NCBI GenBank assembly: GCA_964576435.1
Contig: CAZNUP010000001.1
Location: 611,030 to 675,029 of the forward strand
Direction: 5' to 3'
DNA length: 64,000 bases
Origin: an uncultured Gammaproteobacteria bacterium
GTDB taxonomy: Bacteria; Patescibacteriota; Microgenomatia; JAMCZE01
Below are positions 29,693 through 40,173 of this stretch, in pieces. The position numbers were made by a program, and so were the translations under genes. The first letter of the stretch is position 1. Every line of letters starts with the position of its first letter. A model generated the notes under the pieces. It did no database searches. It had not been told where the DNA came from and worked only from the letters and a program-made list of their open reading frames with translations.

Positions 29693-32600
29693 ATCTTACC
29701 TATCTCAACTAAAATTTGACCCCAAACTAAGAGACACTTGGCATGCTAAGTGGATCACAAATATAAGACTAGTTCTTCTATTAGTCATCTCAGTCGTCGC
29801 CTTTGGGGTTTTTACAGCTCTAACCCTGCCAAGACGTGTTAATCCCGAGGTTAAAATCCCCATTGTCACCGTTGTAACAGTTCTTCCTGGAGCAAGCCCC
29901 TCAGATATGGAAACCTTGGTTACAAACCCGATTGAAGATGTTTTAACAGGCAGTGAAAGTCTAGACACTATCACCTCGGTTTCAGGTAACAACGTCTCTG
30001 TTGTCACCATGCAATTCCAAACTATTGCTGACGGTGATAAAGCTAGGGCTGATACCCAATCATTAGTAGATTCAGTAGCCTTATCAGATAATGCCCAGGC
30101 ACCAAAAGTTTCGCTTCTAGATTTTGAAAATCAACCAGTTTGGACCTTTTCTCTTTCAGGTACTGGAGACACTGGTTCACTGATGCGTTTTGCAGATAGG
30201 CTCAAAGACTCAATAGAGGCAATCCCTGAAGTCAAAAACGTCGACATCTCAGGTTTCGATACCCAAGAAATCTCAGTTGTAGTTGATCCCGAAAAAGCGA
30301 ATGAATATGGAATAAATCCCGTACTTCTTTCCCAATCAATTAAAAGACTAACTGGATCAGCTCCAGCTGGAAGTGTAGATACAGATTCCCTCTCATTTTC
30401 CCTCACAATCGACCCACAAGTTCAAACAATCAACGATCTCAGAAACCTAAGAGTAAATGTTTCAGGTCAGGAAATAAAATTAGGGGAGATTGCCCAAATC
30501 TCAGAGATGCCAAAGCCGGAAACCCCAAAATCCTACATTGGCACACCTCAAAATAAAGCAAAGCAATCACTAACTTTTTACGTCTATAAAACAAGCAGTG
30601 CCAATATTGATGCAACAGCCGATAAAGTCGAAAAGCACGTTAACACTGAAGTAGAAAAAAGAGGGGATACATTCAAAGTTATTTCTATAACAAATAGTGG
30701 CACAGAAATAAAAGAACAATACACCGATCTTTTCTGGGATTTCGTCTCAACTCTAGCTTTGGTCTTTATTAACTTATTTTTGTTCCTAGGATTAAGACAA
30801 GCAGCCCTAGCAACTTTAACAACCCCTTTAACATTCCTCGCAGGCTTTATTTTTATGGGAATCTTTGGACTTTCAATTAACTTTATCTCTCTATTTGCTT
30901 TCCTTTTAGCTCTAGGCACTTCAATTGACGACACAATTGTGGTCATTTCTGCAATGACAACCTACAACAAGACAAAAAGATTTACGCCAGAAGAGGCAGG
31001 TCTCTTGGTTTGGCGTGACTTTATTGTTCCAATCTGTTCAACAACAATAACAACAGTTTGGGCATATGCCCCACTTCTTTTGGCAACTGGCATTATTGGA
31101 GAATTCATTAAATCAATTCCAATCGTGGTTTCAGCAACAATGTATTCCTCAACATTTTTCTCAGTAATGGTCACACTACCACTCTTTATTGTTATTTTGA
31201 AACCAAACATTCCAAGAAGGGTAAAAATCTTTGCCGCAGCTATTATTCTCATTTGTCTAAATGTAGGTGCATTTTTACTACTTCCCAAAACACCACTTAT
31301 TCCGCTTATATTAGTTTTAATTAATCTCTTAGTTTTGGTTATCTATAGAGTAAAGAACAAAGTAGTTCTCCCAAAGAAAGCACAATCCGTGATTTCTGAT
31401 GGTGTCATTAATCTTCATCCGGTTGAAAACCGTTATAAAAATACTATTTTGAGTATCCTAAATTCCAAACATGGCATTAGAAATACCTTAGTGATTGTTG
31501 GTGCATTTGCCGCTCTTTCATATTTACTGCTTCCTCTAGGGTTAGTTAAAGGTGAGTTTTTTCCAAAGTCAGATGTCGATACAATTTTCCTAAATCTAGA
31601 AATGCCAGCAGGCACAAATACAGATACAGTTGAATCTCATGTCATACCACTTATTAACGACCTAAGACACATCGAAGAGAGTACTTCAGTAATAGCTGAC
31701 GTTGGAAGAACTCAAACTGGATTTGGATTTGCTGAAAGTGCTAGTTCAGCTCTCATAACAATAAATCTTGAGCCAAAAGACGAACGTTCAGTGTCTTCAA
31801 TTGATATAGCTCAAAATTTACGCGAAAAATACAAAAACTATCCCGCAGGAACAATAACCATTGCCGAACAAAGTGGCGGGCCACCAGCTGGAGCAGATAT
31901 TCAAATTAAGCTTTTGGGCGATGACTTATCAGTTCTTAATACTTATGCTGATAAAATTGAACTTTATCTTAAATCACAAAGGGGCGTCTCTGATATAACA
32001 AAGTCTGTTAAGCCAGGAACTAGTAAAATTGTCTTCACCCCAGATCCGGATAAATTAAATGCGGTCGGTGTAACTCAAGATCAAGTTGCACTTCTACTAA
32101 GATCCTATGCCAGCGGTTTTACTTTAGATAAGCTTACTTTAAATGACGAAAAAAGAGACATTAACTTTAGATACACTTCAAACGCCAGTTCCCCTGAAGA
32201 ACTAGGGAGTTTGTCTGTTGCAACTCAAACAGGGCCAGTTCCGCTCCTATCTCTTGGGGTTTTAGAATTAAAAAGTAATCCTACTCAAATTAATCACGAG
32301 GATGCCAAACGCACACTCTCGGTTAGTGCTACAGTTCAACCGGGTTTTGTTGTTGCAGACATTAATACAAAATTAGAAGAGTATGCAAACACAAAATTAA
32401 ACTTGCCAACTGGTTATGTTTGGAAAACTGGCGGCGTTAATGAAGAAAATAACGAGTCTGTTCAATCAATCTTTAAGGCAATGCTTTTATCTTTCATTTT
32501 AATTTTAATTACCATGGTGGTTCAGTTTAAATCCTACAGGCAAGCAGGCATTATTTTACTCTTAATTCCATTTGCCATTTCCGGCGTATTCATAGTTTTC

Positions 32601-32954
32601 GGGCTAACTTCAACGCCTTTATCATTTCCAGCTCTTATTGGAGTCATGGCCTTATTTGGAATTGTCGTCACAAATGCCATGTTTATTGTCGACAAAATTA
32701 ACGTCAATCTTAAGACTGGCATGGACCTCAAAAATGCTATTGCTGATGCTGGAGAAAGTAGGCTAGAGCCAATTCTCTTAACATCTCTCACAACCATTCT
32801 TGGTTTAATTCCAATCACCATTTCCAATCCTTTGTGGAGAGGTCTTGGCGGAGCAATTATCTCCGGGTTAACATTCTCAGGTCTAATCATGCTCTTCTTT
32901 GTGCCAGTAGCTTACTATCTTCTATTTAAAAACGAATCTCGTGCCAAAGCTTAA
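29679..32954 (+). CDS. RND efflux permease (AcrB/SwrC-like)
   Basis: 1091 aa; PGASP..ME, IDD, 'R.EPILLTSLTTILG' motifs. Confidence 0.93.
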   Translation: MSEFKSYLSQLKFDPKLRDTWHAKWITNIRLVLLLVISVVAFGVFTALTLPRRVNPEVKIPIVTVVTVLPGASPSDMETLVTNPIEDVLTGSESLDTITSVSGNNVSVVTMQFQTIADGDKARADTQSLVDSVALSDNAQAPKVSLLDFENQPVWTFSLSGTGDTGSLMRFADRLKDSIEAIPEVKNVDISGFDTQEISVVVDPEKANEYGINPVLLSQSIKRLTGSAPAGSVDTDSLSFSLTIDPQVQTINDLRNLRVNVSGQEIKLGEIAQISEMPKPETPKSYIGTPQNKAKQSLTFYVYKTSSANIDATADKVEKHVNTEVEKRGDTFKVISITNSGTEIKEQYTDLFWDFVSTLALVFINLFLFLGLRQAALATLTTPLTFLAGFIFMGIFGLSINFISLFAFLLALGTSIDDTIVVISAMTTYNKTKRFTPEEAGLLVWRDFIVPICSTTITTVWAYAPLLLATGIIGEFIKSIPIVVSATMYSSTFFSVMVTLPLFIVILKPNIPRRVKIFAAAIILICLNVGAFLLLPKTPLIPLILVLINLLVLVIYRVKNKVVLPKKAQSVISDGVINLHPVENRYKNTILSILNSKHGIRNTLVIVGAFAALSYLLLPLGLVKGEFFPKSDVDTIFLNLEMPAGTNTDTVESHVIPLINDLRHIEESTSVIADVGRTQTGFGFAESASSALITINLEPKDERSVSSIDIAQNLREKYKNYPAGTITIAEQSGGPPAGADIQIKLLGDDLSVLNTYADKIELYLKSQRGVSDITKSVKPGTSKIVFTPDPDKLNAVGVTQDQVALLLRSYASGFTLDKLTLNDEKRDINFRYTSNASSPEELGSLSVATQTGPVPLLSLGVLELKSNPTQINHEDAKRTLSVSATVQPGFVVADINTKLEEYANTKLNLPTGYVWKTGGVNEENNESVQSIFKAMLLSFILILITMVVQFKSYRQAGIILLLIPFAISGVFIVFGLTSTPLSFPALIGVMALFGIVVTNAMFIVDKINVNLKTGMDLKNAIADAGESRLEPILLTSLTTILGLIPITISNPLWRGLGGAIISGLTFSGLIMLFFVPVAYYLLFKNESRAKA

Positions 32955-33000
32955 ATTTCCCCGTTGACTTCTCTAAGAATTTCTACGCACAATATATAAG

Positions 33001-33840
33001 ATGAGAAAAATCCTTCCACTTTTAGCAATAGGTTTAGTTCTTCTTTTAACTGTCATAGTAGCAGGTAAGCAAACGGGGCTTATTAACTTCGCGGGCGGGT
33101 CTACTGATACTGTAGTCAAGTTAGACAGCACCAGTCCAAAGTTAACTTATGAAGGTTCTTGGAAAAAAGTTAACACAACAGCCGCTTATAGTGGAAGCTA
33201 TATGCAATCAAACGAACCAGGAGCAAAAGTATCATTTGAGGCAAGTAATATCTACGGTTTTATTTTTCATTTAATTGAAAACAAAAATGCAGGCATTGCC
33301 AATGTTTATATTGACGGGCAATTAATTAGAGACATTGATACCTACAACTCCAAAAAAGTCTACAACCCACCTTCCTACCCAATTCGGTTTTGGGAAGATA
33401 CATATACTCACAAAGTCACCCTTGAAGTTACTGACAAGAAAAACCCAAGTAGCACAGGTAATTTAATTATGCTCGACGCAGTTTCATTAATTAGCTACCC
33501 AAATCCCCAAACTGCCTATGTTTCTCCAACTATTCCAAGCAGTGAGAACCAGATTCAAAATGTTGATATCAAAAAACTCAACGCCACACAGTACCGTCTA
33601 GCAATAACTTATTATTGGGACGGGCAAAATGGTCCTGTAAAAATTACGTCACAAGGAAATGACAGTGAGGGTCATAACATAACTTCCGGAACACCTCCTA
33701 CGGCAAAGCCTAAAGTTAAACATACAACTGGAACCACTCTGAAACTTACTAGTCCAGACGCCACGGTTTCTTATTTTGTCGTTTGCCTCCAAGGAAATAA
33801 CGGCACCAGCCTTGTATGCCAAGATGTGCCCCTAAATTAG
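33001..33840 (+). CDS. Membrane-anchored surface protein with carbohydrate-binding-like beta-sandwich
   Basis: TM, then 'D......TYEG.W..GIANVYIDG...IDTY' module; paralog of 41731. Confidence 0.7.
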   Translation: MRKILPLLAIGLVLLLTVIVAGKQTGLINFAGGSTDTVVKLDSTSPKLTYEGSWKKVNTTAAYSGSYMQSNEPGAKVSFEASNIYGFIFHLIENKNAGIANVYIDGQLIRDIDTYNSKKVYNPPSYPIRFWEDTYTHKVTLEVTDKKNPSSTGNLIMLDAVSLISYPNPQTAYVSPTIPSSENQIQNVDIKKLNATQYRLAITYYWDGQNGPVKITSQGNDSEGHNITSGTPPTAKPKVKHTTGTTLKLTSPDATVSYFVVCLQGNNGTSLVCQDVPLN

Positions 33841-33878
33841 ACTTGTTCTTCTGTTTATAGTTGTTCTATACTAATTCC

Positions 33879-36299
33879 GTGGCGAGTAATTTTGACGATC
33901 CTTTTGATAGTGACTTCGAAGAATTTTCTTCAAACATGGGTTACCCTATCCCCAGACGAAGCAGCAGCATTGATATAAGTCAGTATCTTTCAGATCACAC
34001 CAAAGAACTAATTGAAGAATCTGGGCAAAAAGCAGTTGACATGGGAAGAGATGTGGTCGACACAGAGCATCTTCTTTATGCAATTACAAATTCAGATGTC
34101 ATTCAAGAAATCTACAAAGAGTTCAAAATTAAGCCTGAAGACATTAAAGGCTATATAGATTATAACGCCCCTAAAGGAAATATTAAAAATGTTACCGATA
34201 TTAATATCTCTCCAAGGCTAAAAAATGTTTTTGCTAAAGCTTTTCAAATTGCCCAGGAACTAGGTCACGGGTATATTGGTCCAGAACATTTATTAATTGC
34301 TCTTTCTGAAGAAGAAGGACTAGCGGGGGAACTTTTAAGAAAATATAATCTAACTCCCGAAGCATTAAGACAAAAGGTTGTAAAAGTTGTAGGCAAAGGA
34401 GCTAAGGAGGGTCAAGTCGCCTCACAAAGCAGCACCCCAAATCTAGATAAATTTTCAAGAGATTTATCAAAGCTAGCAAAAGAAGGAAAATTAGATCCAG
34501 TTATTGGAAGAGCTGATGAAATCGAAAGTACAATTGAAATCCTTGCAAGAAGAACAAAAAACAATCCTGTTTTAATTGGCGAACCAGGCGTAGGTAAAAC
34601 CGCAATTGTTGAAGGGCTAGCTCAAAGGATTGAAAGCAACAATGTTCCTGAAGTTCTCCAAAATAAAAGAGTCGTTGAAGTAAACATTAATTCCATGGTA
34701 GCGGGAAGTAAATACAGGGGAGAGTTTGAAGAAAGAATTAAGCAAGTTTTGGATGAAATTGTTGAACACAAAGAAGATTTAATAATTTTTATAGATGAAC
34801 TCCACACTATTGTGGGTGCTGGAGGCGGAGGTCAAGAAGGAGGTCTCGATGTCTCAAATGTCATAAAACCACATCTAGCAAGAGGTGACCTTCACCTAAT
34901 CGGCGCAACGACGTTAAATGAATACCAAAAATATATTGAGAAAGACGCTGCCTTAGAAAGACGCTTTCAGCCAGTCTTTGTTCCCGAACCAACTAGCGAA
35001 CAGGCAGTTGAAATACTAAAAGGCTTAAGAGATAGATATGAAGCTCACCACAAAGTTAAGATAACTGACGAAGCAATTATTGCAGCAGTTGAGCTCTCAA
35101 GTAGATACATCACCAATCGTTTTCTGCCAGACAAAGCAATTGATTTAATTGATCAAGCAGCCTCAAGAGTAAGAATCCAAAGCACAAGTAGAGACGCCGA
35201 CGTTAAATCAATCGATGCAAAAATTGCCAAATTAAAGAGAGAACAAGAATATGCCGCGTCAAGGAAAAATTCCGAAGAAGCAAAAAAGCTGGAATCCGAA
35301 ATTAAGAAGTTACAAAAAGACAAAGAAGAAACTGAGAGTAAAGTCAGGCAAACTAGAGGAGTAACTACTAATGAAGTTAAAAAAGAACAAATAGCCGAAG
35401 TTGTATCTAAGATAACTAGCATTCCAGTCTCAGATTTAACAGAAGAAGAAAAACAGAAATTTCTAAACATGGAGTCAAAACTTCATGAACGACTAGTAGG
35501 CCAAGATGAAGCTGTTCAATCTGTTTCAAACGCAATTAGAAGAGCAAAGGCTGGCCTCTCAACTGGAAAGCGACCAATCGCTACCTTTCTGTTTTTGGGC
35601 CCAACAGGTGTTGGAAAAACAGAACTAGCCAAAGCACTTGCTTGGGTAGTTTTTGGTGATGAAAACGCTCTCACAAGAATTGACATGTCCGAATATATGG
35701 AAAGACATGCGACAGCAAGATTAATTGGTGCTCCTCCAGGTTATGTTGGCTATGAGGAGGGTGGACAACTCACTGAAACAGTTAGAAGAAGACCTTATTC
35801 TGTGATTCTTCTAGATGAAATTGAAAAAGCTCATCCTGATGTATATAACATTCTTCTTCAAGTTTTTGACGACGGAAGACTAACAGATGGAAAAGGTAGA
35901 GTTGTTGATTTTACAAACACAATAATTGTAGCTACTTCCAATTTAGAAAAATCAAAACTAAGGGACCACTTTAGACCCGAATTCTTAAATAGAATTGATG
36001 ACATAATTGTCTTTAGCCCACTAAATGATGACCAAATAAAACTAATAACTGAATTAGAACTAGAAAAAGTAAAGCAAACAGCTAAAGGACAAGGAATTGA
36101 TCTTATATTTGATAAAAGTCTAGTGAATCACCTTGCAGAAGTTGGCTATATGCCAGAATATGGAGCAAGAGAATTAAGGAGACGAATTCAAAATGAAGTT
36201 GAAACAGTTTTAGCTAAAAATATGTTAAAAGGTGATATTAAAAAGGGGAGCAGCGCAACTCTTTCATACTCGGAGAAAGGTGGCGTCAAAATTGGCTAG
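33879..36299 (+). CDS. Hsp100/Clp AAA+ ATPase, ClpG/ClpK-like (ClpC-related)
   Basis: Clp-N repeats, two AAA+ modules (GEPGVGKT; GPTGVGKT), short M-domain, no IGF loop; GTG start 6 nt after TATACT. Confidence 0.9.
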   Translation: MASNFDDPFDSDFEEFSSNMGYPIPRRSSSIDISQYLSDHTKELIEESGQKAVDMGRDVVDTEHLLYAITNSDVIQEIYKEFKIKPEDIKGYIDYNAPKGNIKNVTDINISPRLKNVFAKAFQIAQELGHGYIGPEHLLIALSEEEGLAGELLRKYNLTPEALRQKVVKVVGKGAKEGQVASQSSTPNLDKFSRDLSKLAKEGKLDPVIGRADEIESTIEILARRTKNNPVLIGEPGVGKTAIVEGLAQRIESNNVPEVLQNKRVVEVNINSMVAGSKYRGEFEERIKQVLDEIVEHKEDLIIFIDELHTIVGAGGGGQEGGLDVSNVIKPHLARGDLHLIGATTLNEYQKYIEKDAALERRFQPVFVPEPTSEQAVEILKGLRDRYEAHHKVKITDEAIIAAVELSSRYITNRFLPDKAIDLIDQAASRVRIQSTSRDADVKSIDAKIAKLKREQEYAASRKNSEEAKKLESEIKKLQKDKEETESKVRQTRGVTTNEVKKEQIAEVVSKITSIPVSDLTEEEKQKFLNMESKLHERLVGQDEAVQSVSNAIRRAKAGLSTGKRPIATFLFLGPTGVGKTELAKALAWVVFGDENALTRIDMSEYMERHATARLIGAPPGYVGYEEGGQLTETVRRRPYSVILLDEIEKAHPDVYNILLQVFDDGRLTDGKGRVVDFTNTIIVATSNLEKSKLRDHFRPEFLNRIDDIIVFSPLNDDQIKLITELELEKVKQTAKGQGIDLIFDKSLVNHLAEVGYMPEYGARELRRRIQNEVETVLAKNMLKGDIKKGSSATLSYSEKGGVKIG

Positions 36300-36759
36300 T
36301 AAAATAAACCTAGTCGAATACGGTGACTTTGAATGTCCTAATTGTCTTGAAGCTTATCCCATTGTCAAAAAAATTCAAAAAAAACTAGGCTCAAAGTTAA
36401 ATTTCGAATTCAAATATTTTCCGATTACAGAAAGTCACCCTCATGCTTTAAATGCGGCCAAAGCAGCTGAGTCTGCAAAACTTCAAGGTAAGTTTTGGGA
36501 AATGCACGACACACTTTTTGAAAATCAAGAAAATTTAGAGGATGACTATCTTGTAGCATATGCAAAAAAGATTCACTTAAATATAGAAAAATTTGTAAAA
36601 GATTTTAACTCTAAAAAGGTTGAAGAGGCCGTTCACAAAGATTTTTTAGAAGGCGCTAGAAAGGGTGTAAATGGAACACCAACTTTTTTTGTTAATGACA
36701 AAAGGTGGGATGGCGATTATGATTATGAAAGTTTAATGGAGGCTTTAAACAATGAATAA
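36292..36759 (+). CDS. DsbA/thioredoxin-like oxidoreductase
   Basis: EYGDFECPNC, GKFWEMHD, GVNGTPTFF; TTG start overlapping the clp stop. Confidence 0.9.
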   Translation: MASKINLVEYGDFECPNCLEAYPIVKKIQKKLGSKLNFEFKYFPITESHPHALNAAKAAESAKLQGKFWEMHDTLFENQENLEDDYLVAYAKKIHLNIEKFVKDFNSKKVEEAVHKDFLEGARKGVNGTPTFFVNDKRWDGDYDYESLMEALNNE

Positions 36760-37216
36760 ACCACTTGAAAAAGGCACCAAAGCACCAGACTTTTCTTTAA
36801 AAGATACTCCAGATCAAAAAGTATCTCTATCAGATTTTGTAGGGAAAAAATTAATTATCATGTTTTATCCCGCGGACTTTAGTCCAGTTTGTGGTGGAGA
36901 GGTAACACTTTTTAACGAACTCATTCCTGAATTTAAAAAATATAATGCTGAGCTAGTTGCTATTTCAGTAGATAACGTCTGGTCTCATCTTGAGTTTGCC
37001 AAAGAAAAAAATCTTCACTTTCCACTTCTATCCGATTTCCATCCAAAAGGAGAAGTTTCAAAAAAGTATCACGCTTATAGAGAAGAAGAGGGTGAATCCG
37101 AACGCGCCCTCTATCTAATAGATGAGAATGGAATAATTTTATGGAGCTACATTTCCCCAATGGGAATTAATCCTGGAGCTGATGGGGTCTTAAAAGCTCT
37201 TGAAGAAACAAAATAA
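36752..37216 (+). CDS. Peroxiredoxin (AhpC/TSA, AhpE-like)
   Basis: FYPADFSPVC, LLSDF, ERA motifs. Confidence 0.92.
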   Translation: MNKPLEKGTKAPDFSLKDTPDQKVSLSDFVGKKLIIMFYPADFSPVCGGEVTLFNELIPEFKKYNAELVAISVDNVWSHLEFAKEKNLHFPLLSDFHPKGEVSKKYHAYREEEGESERALYLIDENGIILWSYISPMGINPGADGVLKALEETK

Positions 37217-37228
37217 CAACCTCAAACA

Positions 37229-37852
37229 CTAAAACCACTGTCTTCGGGGCTTTCTTATCTTTACTTCAGCGGCATCCTCCTGATCTGCATCTCTTCGGAA
37301 ACCAATCTTTGCCTCTGGAGCGTGAGGCTTAGTCGTATAACCTAAACCCTCTTCGACACCCACAGCACCAGTGACTTTCAACTTATCAAGTTTTTTTAAG
37401 AATTCTACATGCCAGAACTTATAAGTGGGAATGGTGACGTGACTGGTTCTAACATTTTTATCAATTTCACCGTTATACCCATAACGATTCTCCTTACAAA
37501 ATTCTACGTAAAGTTGCCAATCAGGATATCCTGCCAATGCTTGTCTAACCTGAGTAACATCTTTCCAAAGATGTGCCTGATTAAGAAGCCCAAAATCTGC
37601 CAAATAGAGATCGGATAATCCCACCCTGTTTGCTTCTTCAACAATTTGAGGATCAATAAGTTTTAAAGACAGACGATCTCCACGTCTAACTGCCAAACGA
37701 CGTATTCTATCAGCTATTGCCAACCCAATACCAAAAGTTAAGGCTGGCACATCACTCTTTTTGATCGCTGAATATTTCAACTTTTTTAATCCAGAAAAAA
37801 GCTCCTGATCAAAAAGGTCGTCAGAACCACTTAATTTCTCTTTGTCTGCCAT
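37229..37852 (-). CDS. Hypothetical protein (paralog of 37935-38558)
   Basis: 207 aa; shared N- and C-terminal motifs with neighbour. Confidence 0.7.
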   Translation of the reverse strand: MADKEKLSGSDDLFDQELFSGLKKLKYSAIKKSDVPALTFGIGLAIADRIRRLAVRRGDRLSLKLIDPQIVEEANRVGLSDLYLADFGLLNQAHLWKDVTQVRQALAGYPDWQLYVEFCKENRYGYNGEIDKNVRTSHVTIPTYKFWHVEFLKKLDKLKVTGAVGVEEGLGYTTKPHAPEAKIGFRRDADQEDAAEVKIRKPRRQWF

Positions 37853-37934
37853 AGGTTAATATTATTTATTAAGAAAACAACTCAAATTATCAGGAAAATC
37901 TTATCGGAAAAACTAAATAAGCAAATTAAATATT

Positions 37935-38558
37935 TTATTTTCCTAAAAGATCCGCTGAAATCATTTGAGATAAGGTTTCCCTTGGTCCTATTTTGCCTGC
38001 TGGAGCATTTACAGCCCTTGAATAACCTAATTGGCTGGTAATTTCATCCAAACCGCTCTCTCGAGACATTCTCATCCTATCAATTGCCTTATTTTGCCAG
38101 CTAGAAAATTTTAGTGTAAAAATTTTACCTCTTCGAGATCCTAACAAGGTTCCAGACGAATTATAGTTATTGGCAAAACAATAATATATATAAAATGGCC
38201 ACATCGCCTCGCTCTCCAAAGAGTCATAAGCTGTAGCAGCAATCTCTCGAACAGCGTCTATTTTTTTGCCCCGACTAGGCATCCCATCTATAGCTCCAAC
38301 CAGTTTAATATTGCCGGACCCAGAAATTATTTCCTCGTAAGCCATCTTCCTCACAAAATCCAAATTTAGCATCAGTGGGGCAAGTGTGTTTGGAGCAATA
38401 TTATTAGCTTTGTAAAATCTTTCTGCTATTTTAAATCCAAAAACAAACGCTATTGCTCGTATTTTTTCTAAACCATATTGATCACTTATAGATTGAAGGC
38501 TATTAAATTCTGGCTGATCAAACAAGTTTTCTCCCGAAGATAAGTTCTCTTCAAACAT
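37935..38558 (-). CDS. Hypothetical protein (paralog of 37229-37852)
   Basis: 207 aa; shared motifs; leaderless TATAAT. Confidence 0.7.
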   Translation of the reverse strand: MFEENLSSGENLFDQPEFNSLQSISDQYGLEKIRAIAFVFGFKIAERFYKANNIAPNTLAPLMLNLDFVRKMAYEEIISGSGNIKLVGAIDGMPSRGKKIDAVREIAATAYDSLESEAMWPFYIYYCFANNYNSSGTLLGSRRGKIFTLKFSSWQNKAIDRMRMSRESGLDEITSQLGYSRAVNAPAGKIGPRETLSQMISADLLGK

Positions 38559-38590
38559 AAGAGAATTATACTATAGGGAATCTCAGGTGT

Positions 38591-39184
38591 CTAATTTCGC
38601 CACCCTTCATAGGCATAATAGTTACCATACTTTTCAACGCAAACAAATGGTGTGTCTGCACGCATGTTTTTAGCGTGCCCCGAAGAATTAATCCAAGCTT
38701 GAACTACATTTTTATAATTTGAATTCATGGCGATATTTTCGGTTATGTAGTGATATGAAGGATAGGGAAGTGTCTTGTTATCGATTCTTGATTGGAACCC
38801 ATCATGGCTAAAATTAGAAGCCACTTCTTTAGCTCTGGTAGCGGCAAACTCACAAGTATATTTATCAGTTTTAACTTCTGAAAGTCCTTGGGTCAACCTG
38901 TATTTATTAATCTCTCCCATAATATAAGTTTTAACATCAGCTGTATTTTGAATGGGGGTTGGTGTCACAGTTGGTTTAGATGTTGGGGAAGATTTTAAAA
39001 CTGGTGACGGTTTAGGTGTGGGAGAGGGTTTGGGTATTGGAATATTAGTAGGGGTTTGGGTTGGGCCAACTTGCTGCCTAGCTTCATTTTTAATTCTCTC
39101 AACCTCTTGATAATAGGCAGTTAAATCAGGCTTTGTTATTGATAGTGTAAATCCTGTTATAAGTCCAAGAAACATGAGAGGCAA
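38591..39184 (-). CDS. CAP/SCP domain protein
   Basis: INKYR, FSH, ENIA, WINSSGHAKN; P/T-rich linker. Confidence 0.88.
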   Translation of the reverse strand: MPLMFLGLITGFTLSITKPDLTAYYQEVERIKNEARQQVGPTQTPTNIPIPKPSPTPKPSPVLKSSPTSKPTVTPTPIQNTADVKTYIMGEINKYRLTQGLSEVKTDKYTCEFAATRAKEVASNFSHDGFQSRIDNKTLPYPSYHYITENIAMNSNYKNVVQAWINSSGHAKNMRADTPFVCVEKYGNYYAYEGWRN

Positions 39185-39213
39185 AGATACTGTGTATTAA
39201 TATCAATGTCAAA

Positions 39214-40173
39214 TTAATTTTGCCTCTTAAACTCTAGGACTTCTTGGCGTATTTGCGCCACATTTTTACAAAGCATCAGCCTCTGGCGAAGTTCAGCAGC
39301 CTGATCAAAATCTTTGACATACATCTTTATAAATTTCTTAACAATTTCAAAATTTTTTCTATTTCCCCAAGTTTCCACAAAAAGCTCCACATGCTTAAGC
39401 ATTACATCAATTTTTTCTTCTGGAGTATGTTCAATATTGTTGTCACTAAATACCCATGGGTTATGAAAAATCCCACGCCCAATCATAATTCCATCTAGTC
39501 CAAGGTCTTTTACTTTTTCTTTACCCTCACCAATACTTCTAATATCACCATTTCCGATAACAACTGTTTCTGGTGAAATGCTATCACGAAGCTTAACTGC
39601 TTTGCCAATTTCTTCCCAATTAGCAAGTCCTTCTGACATTTGTTTGGCAATTCGACCATGAACCGTCAAGGCCTGAATTTTTTGTTCCAGTAAAAATCCA
39701 AGCCACTCTTCAGTCATAATTGATTTAATGCCTAGCCGAGTTTTGACACTAACTGGAATATCATTAGCCCCCTTTTTAACTCCGTCAATAATTTCAGAAA
39801 CTAGTGGATAGTTACCAATAAGTCCAGAGCAATATCCTTTTCGAACTAAATTTCTTTCAGGACATCCCATATTAATATCAACGCCTGAAAATCCTAAATC
39901 TTGCACAATTTTTGCCGCCTCAAACATTTTTTGTGGATCATTCCCCCAAAGCTGTGCTACAAGTGGAAATTGCTCGTTAGTAAATTTAAGTTTGGTGGAA
40001 ACTCTTTCAAAGCCTTGAGAGCATAGTCCGTCAGAACTAGTAAACTCGGTAAAAAGGACATTAGGTTTAGGTAAAACCGTACTTACTATTTCTCTAAACA
40101 CCAAATCGGTAACGTCCTCCATTGGAGCTAGCACAAAAATGGGTGATGGAAGCTTTGCCCAAAAATTCGTCAT
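39214..40173 (-). CDS. dus: tRNA-dihydrouridine synthase
   Basis: LAPMEDVTD, DINMGCP, VKTRLG, VHGR, GNGDI, MIGRG. Confidence 0.95.
   Translation of the reverse strand: MTNFWAKLPSPIFVLAPMEDVTDLVFREIVSTVLPKPNVLFTEFTSSDGLCSQGFERVSTKLKFTNEQFPLVAQLWGNDPQKMFEAAKIVQDLGFSGVDINMGCPERNLVRKGYCSGLIGNYPLVSEIIDGVKKGANDIPVSVKTRLGIKSIMTEEWLGFLLEQKIQALTVHGRIAKQMSEGLANWEEIGKAVKLRDSISPETVVIGNGDIRSIGEGKEKVKDLGLDGIMIGRGIFHNPWVFSDNNIEHTPEEKIDVMLKHVELFVETWGNRKNFEIVKKFIKMYVKDFDQAAELRQRLMLCKNVAQIRQEVLEFKRQN

Noticed and set aside
29705-32890. Several antisense ORFs within the RND permease, and similar ones inside uvrA, uvrB, clp, GT2 and GH18
   Set aside because: Shadow frames of well-supported genes with no motifs or start signals
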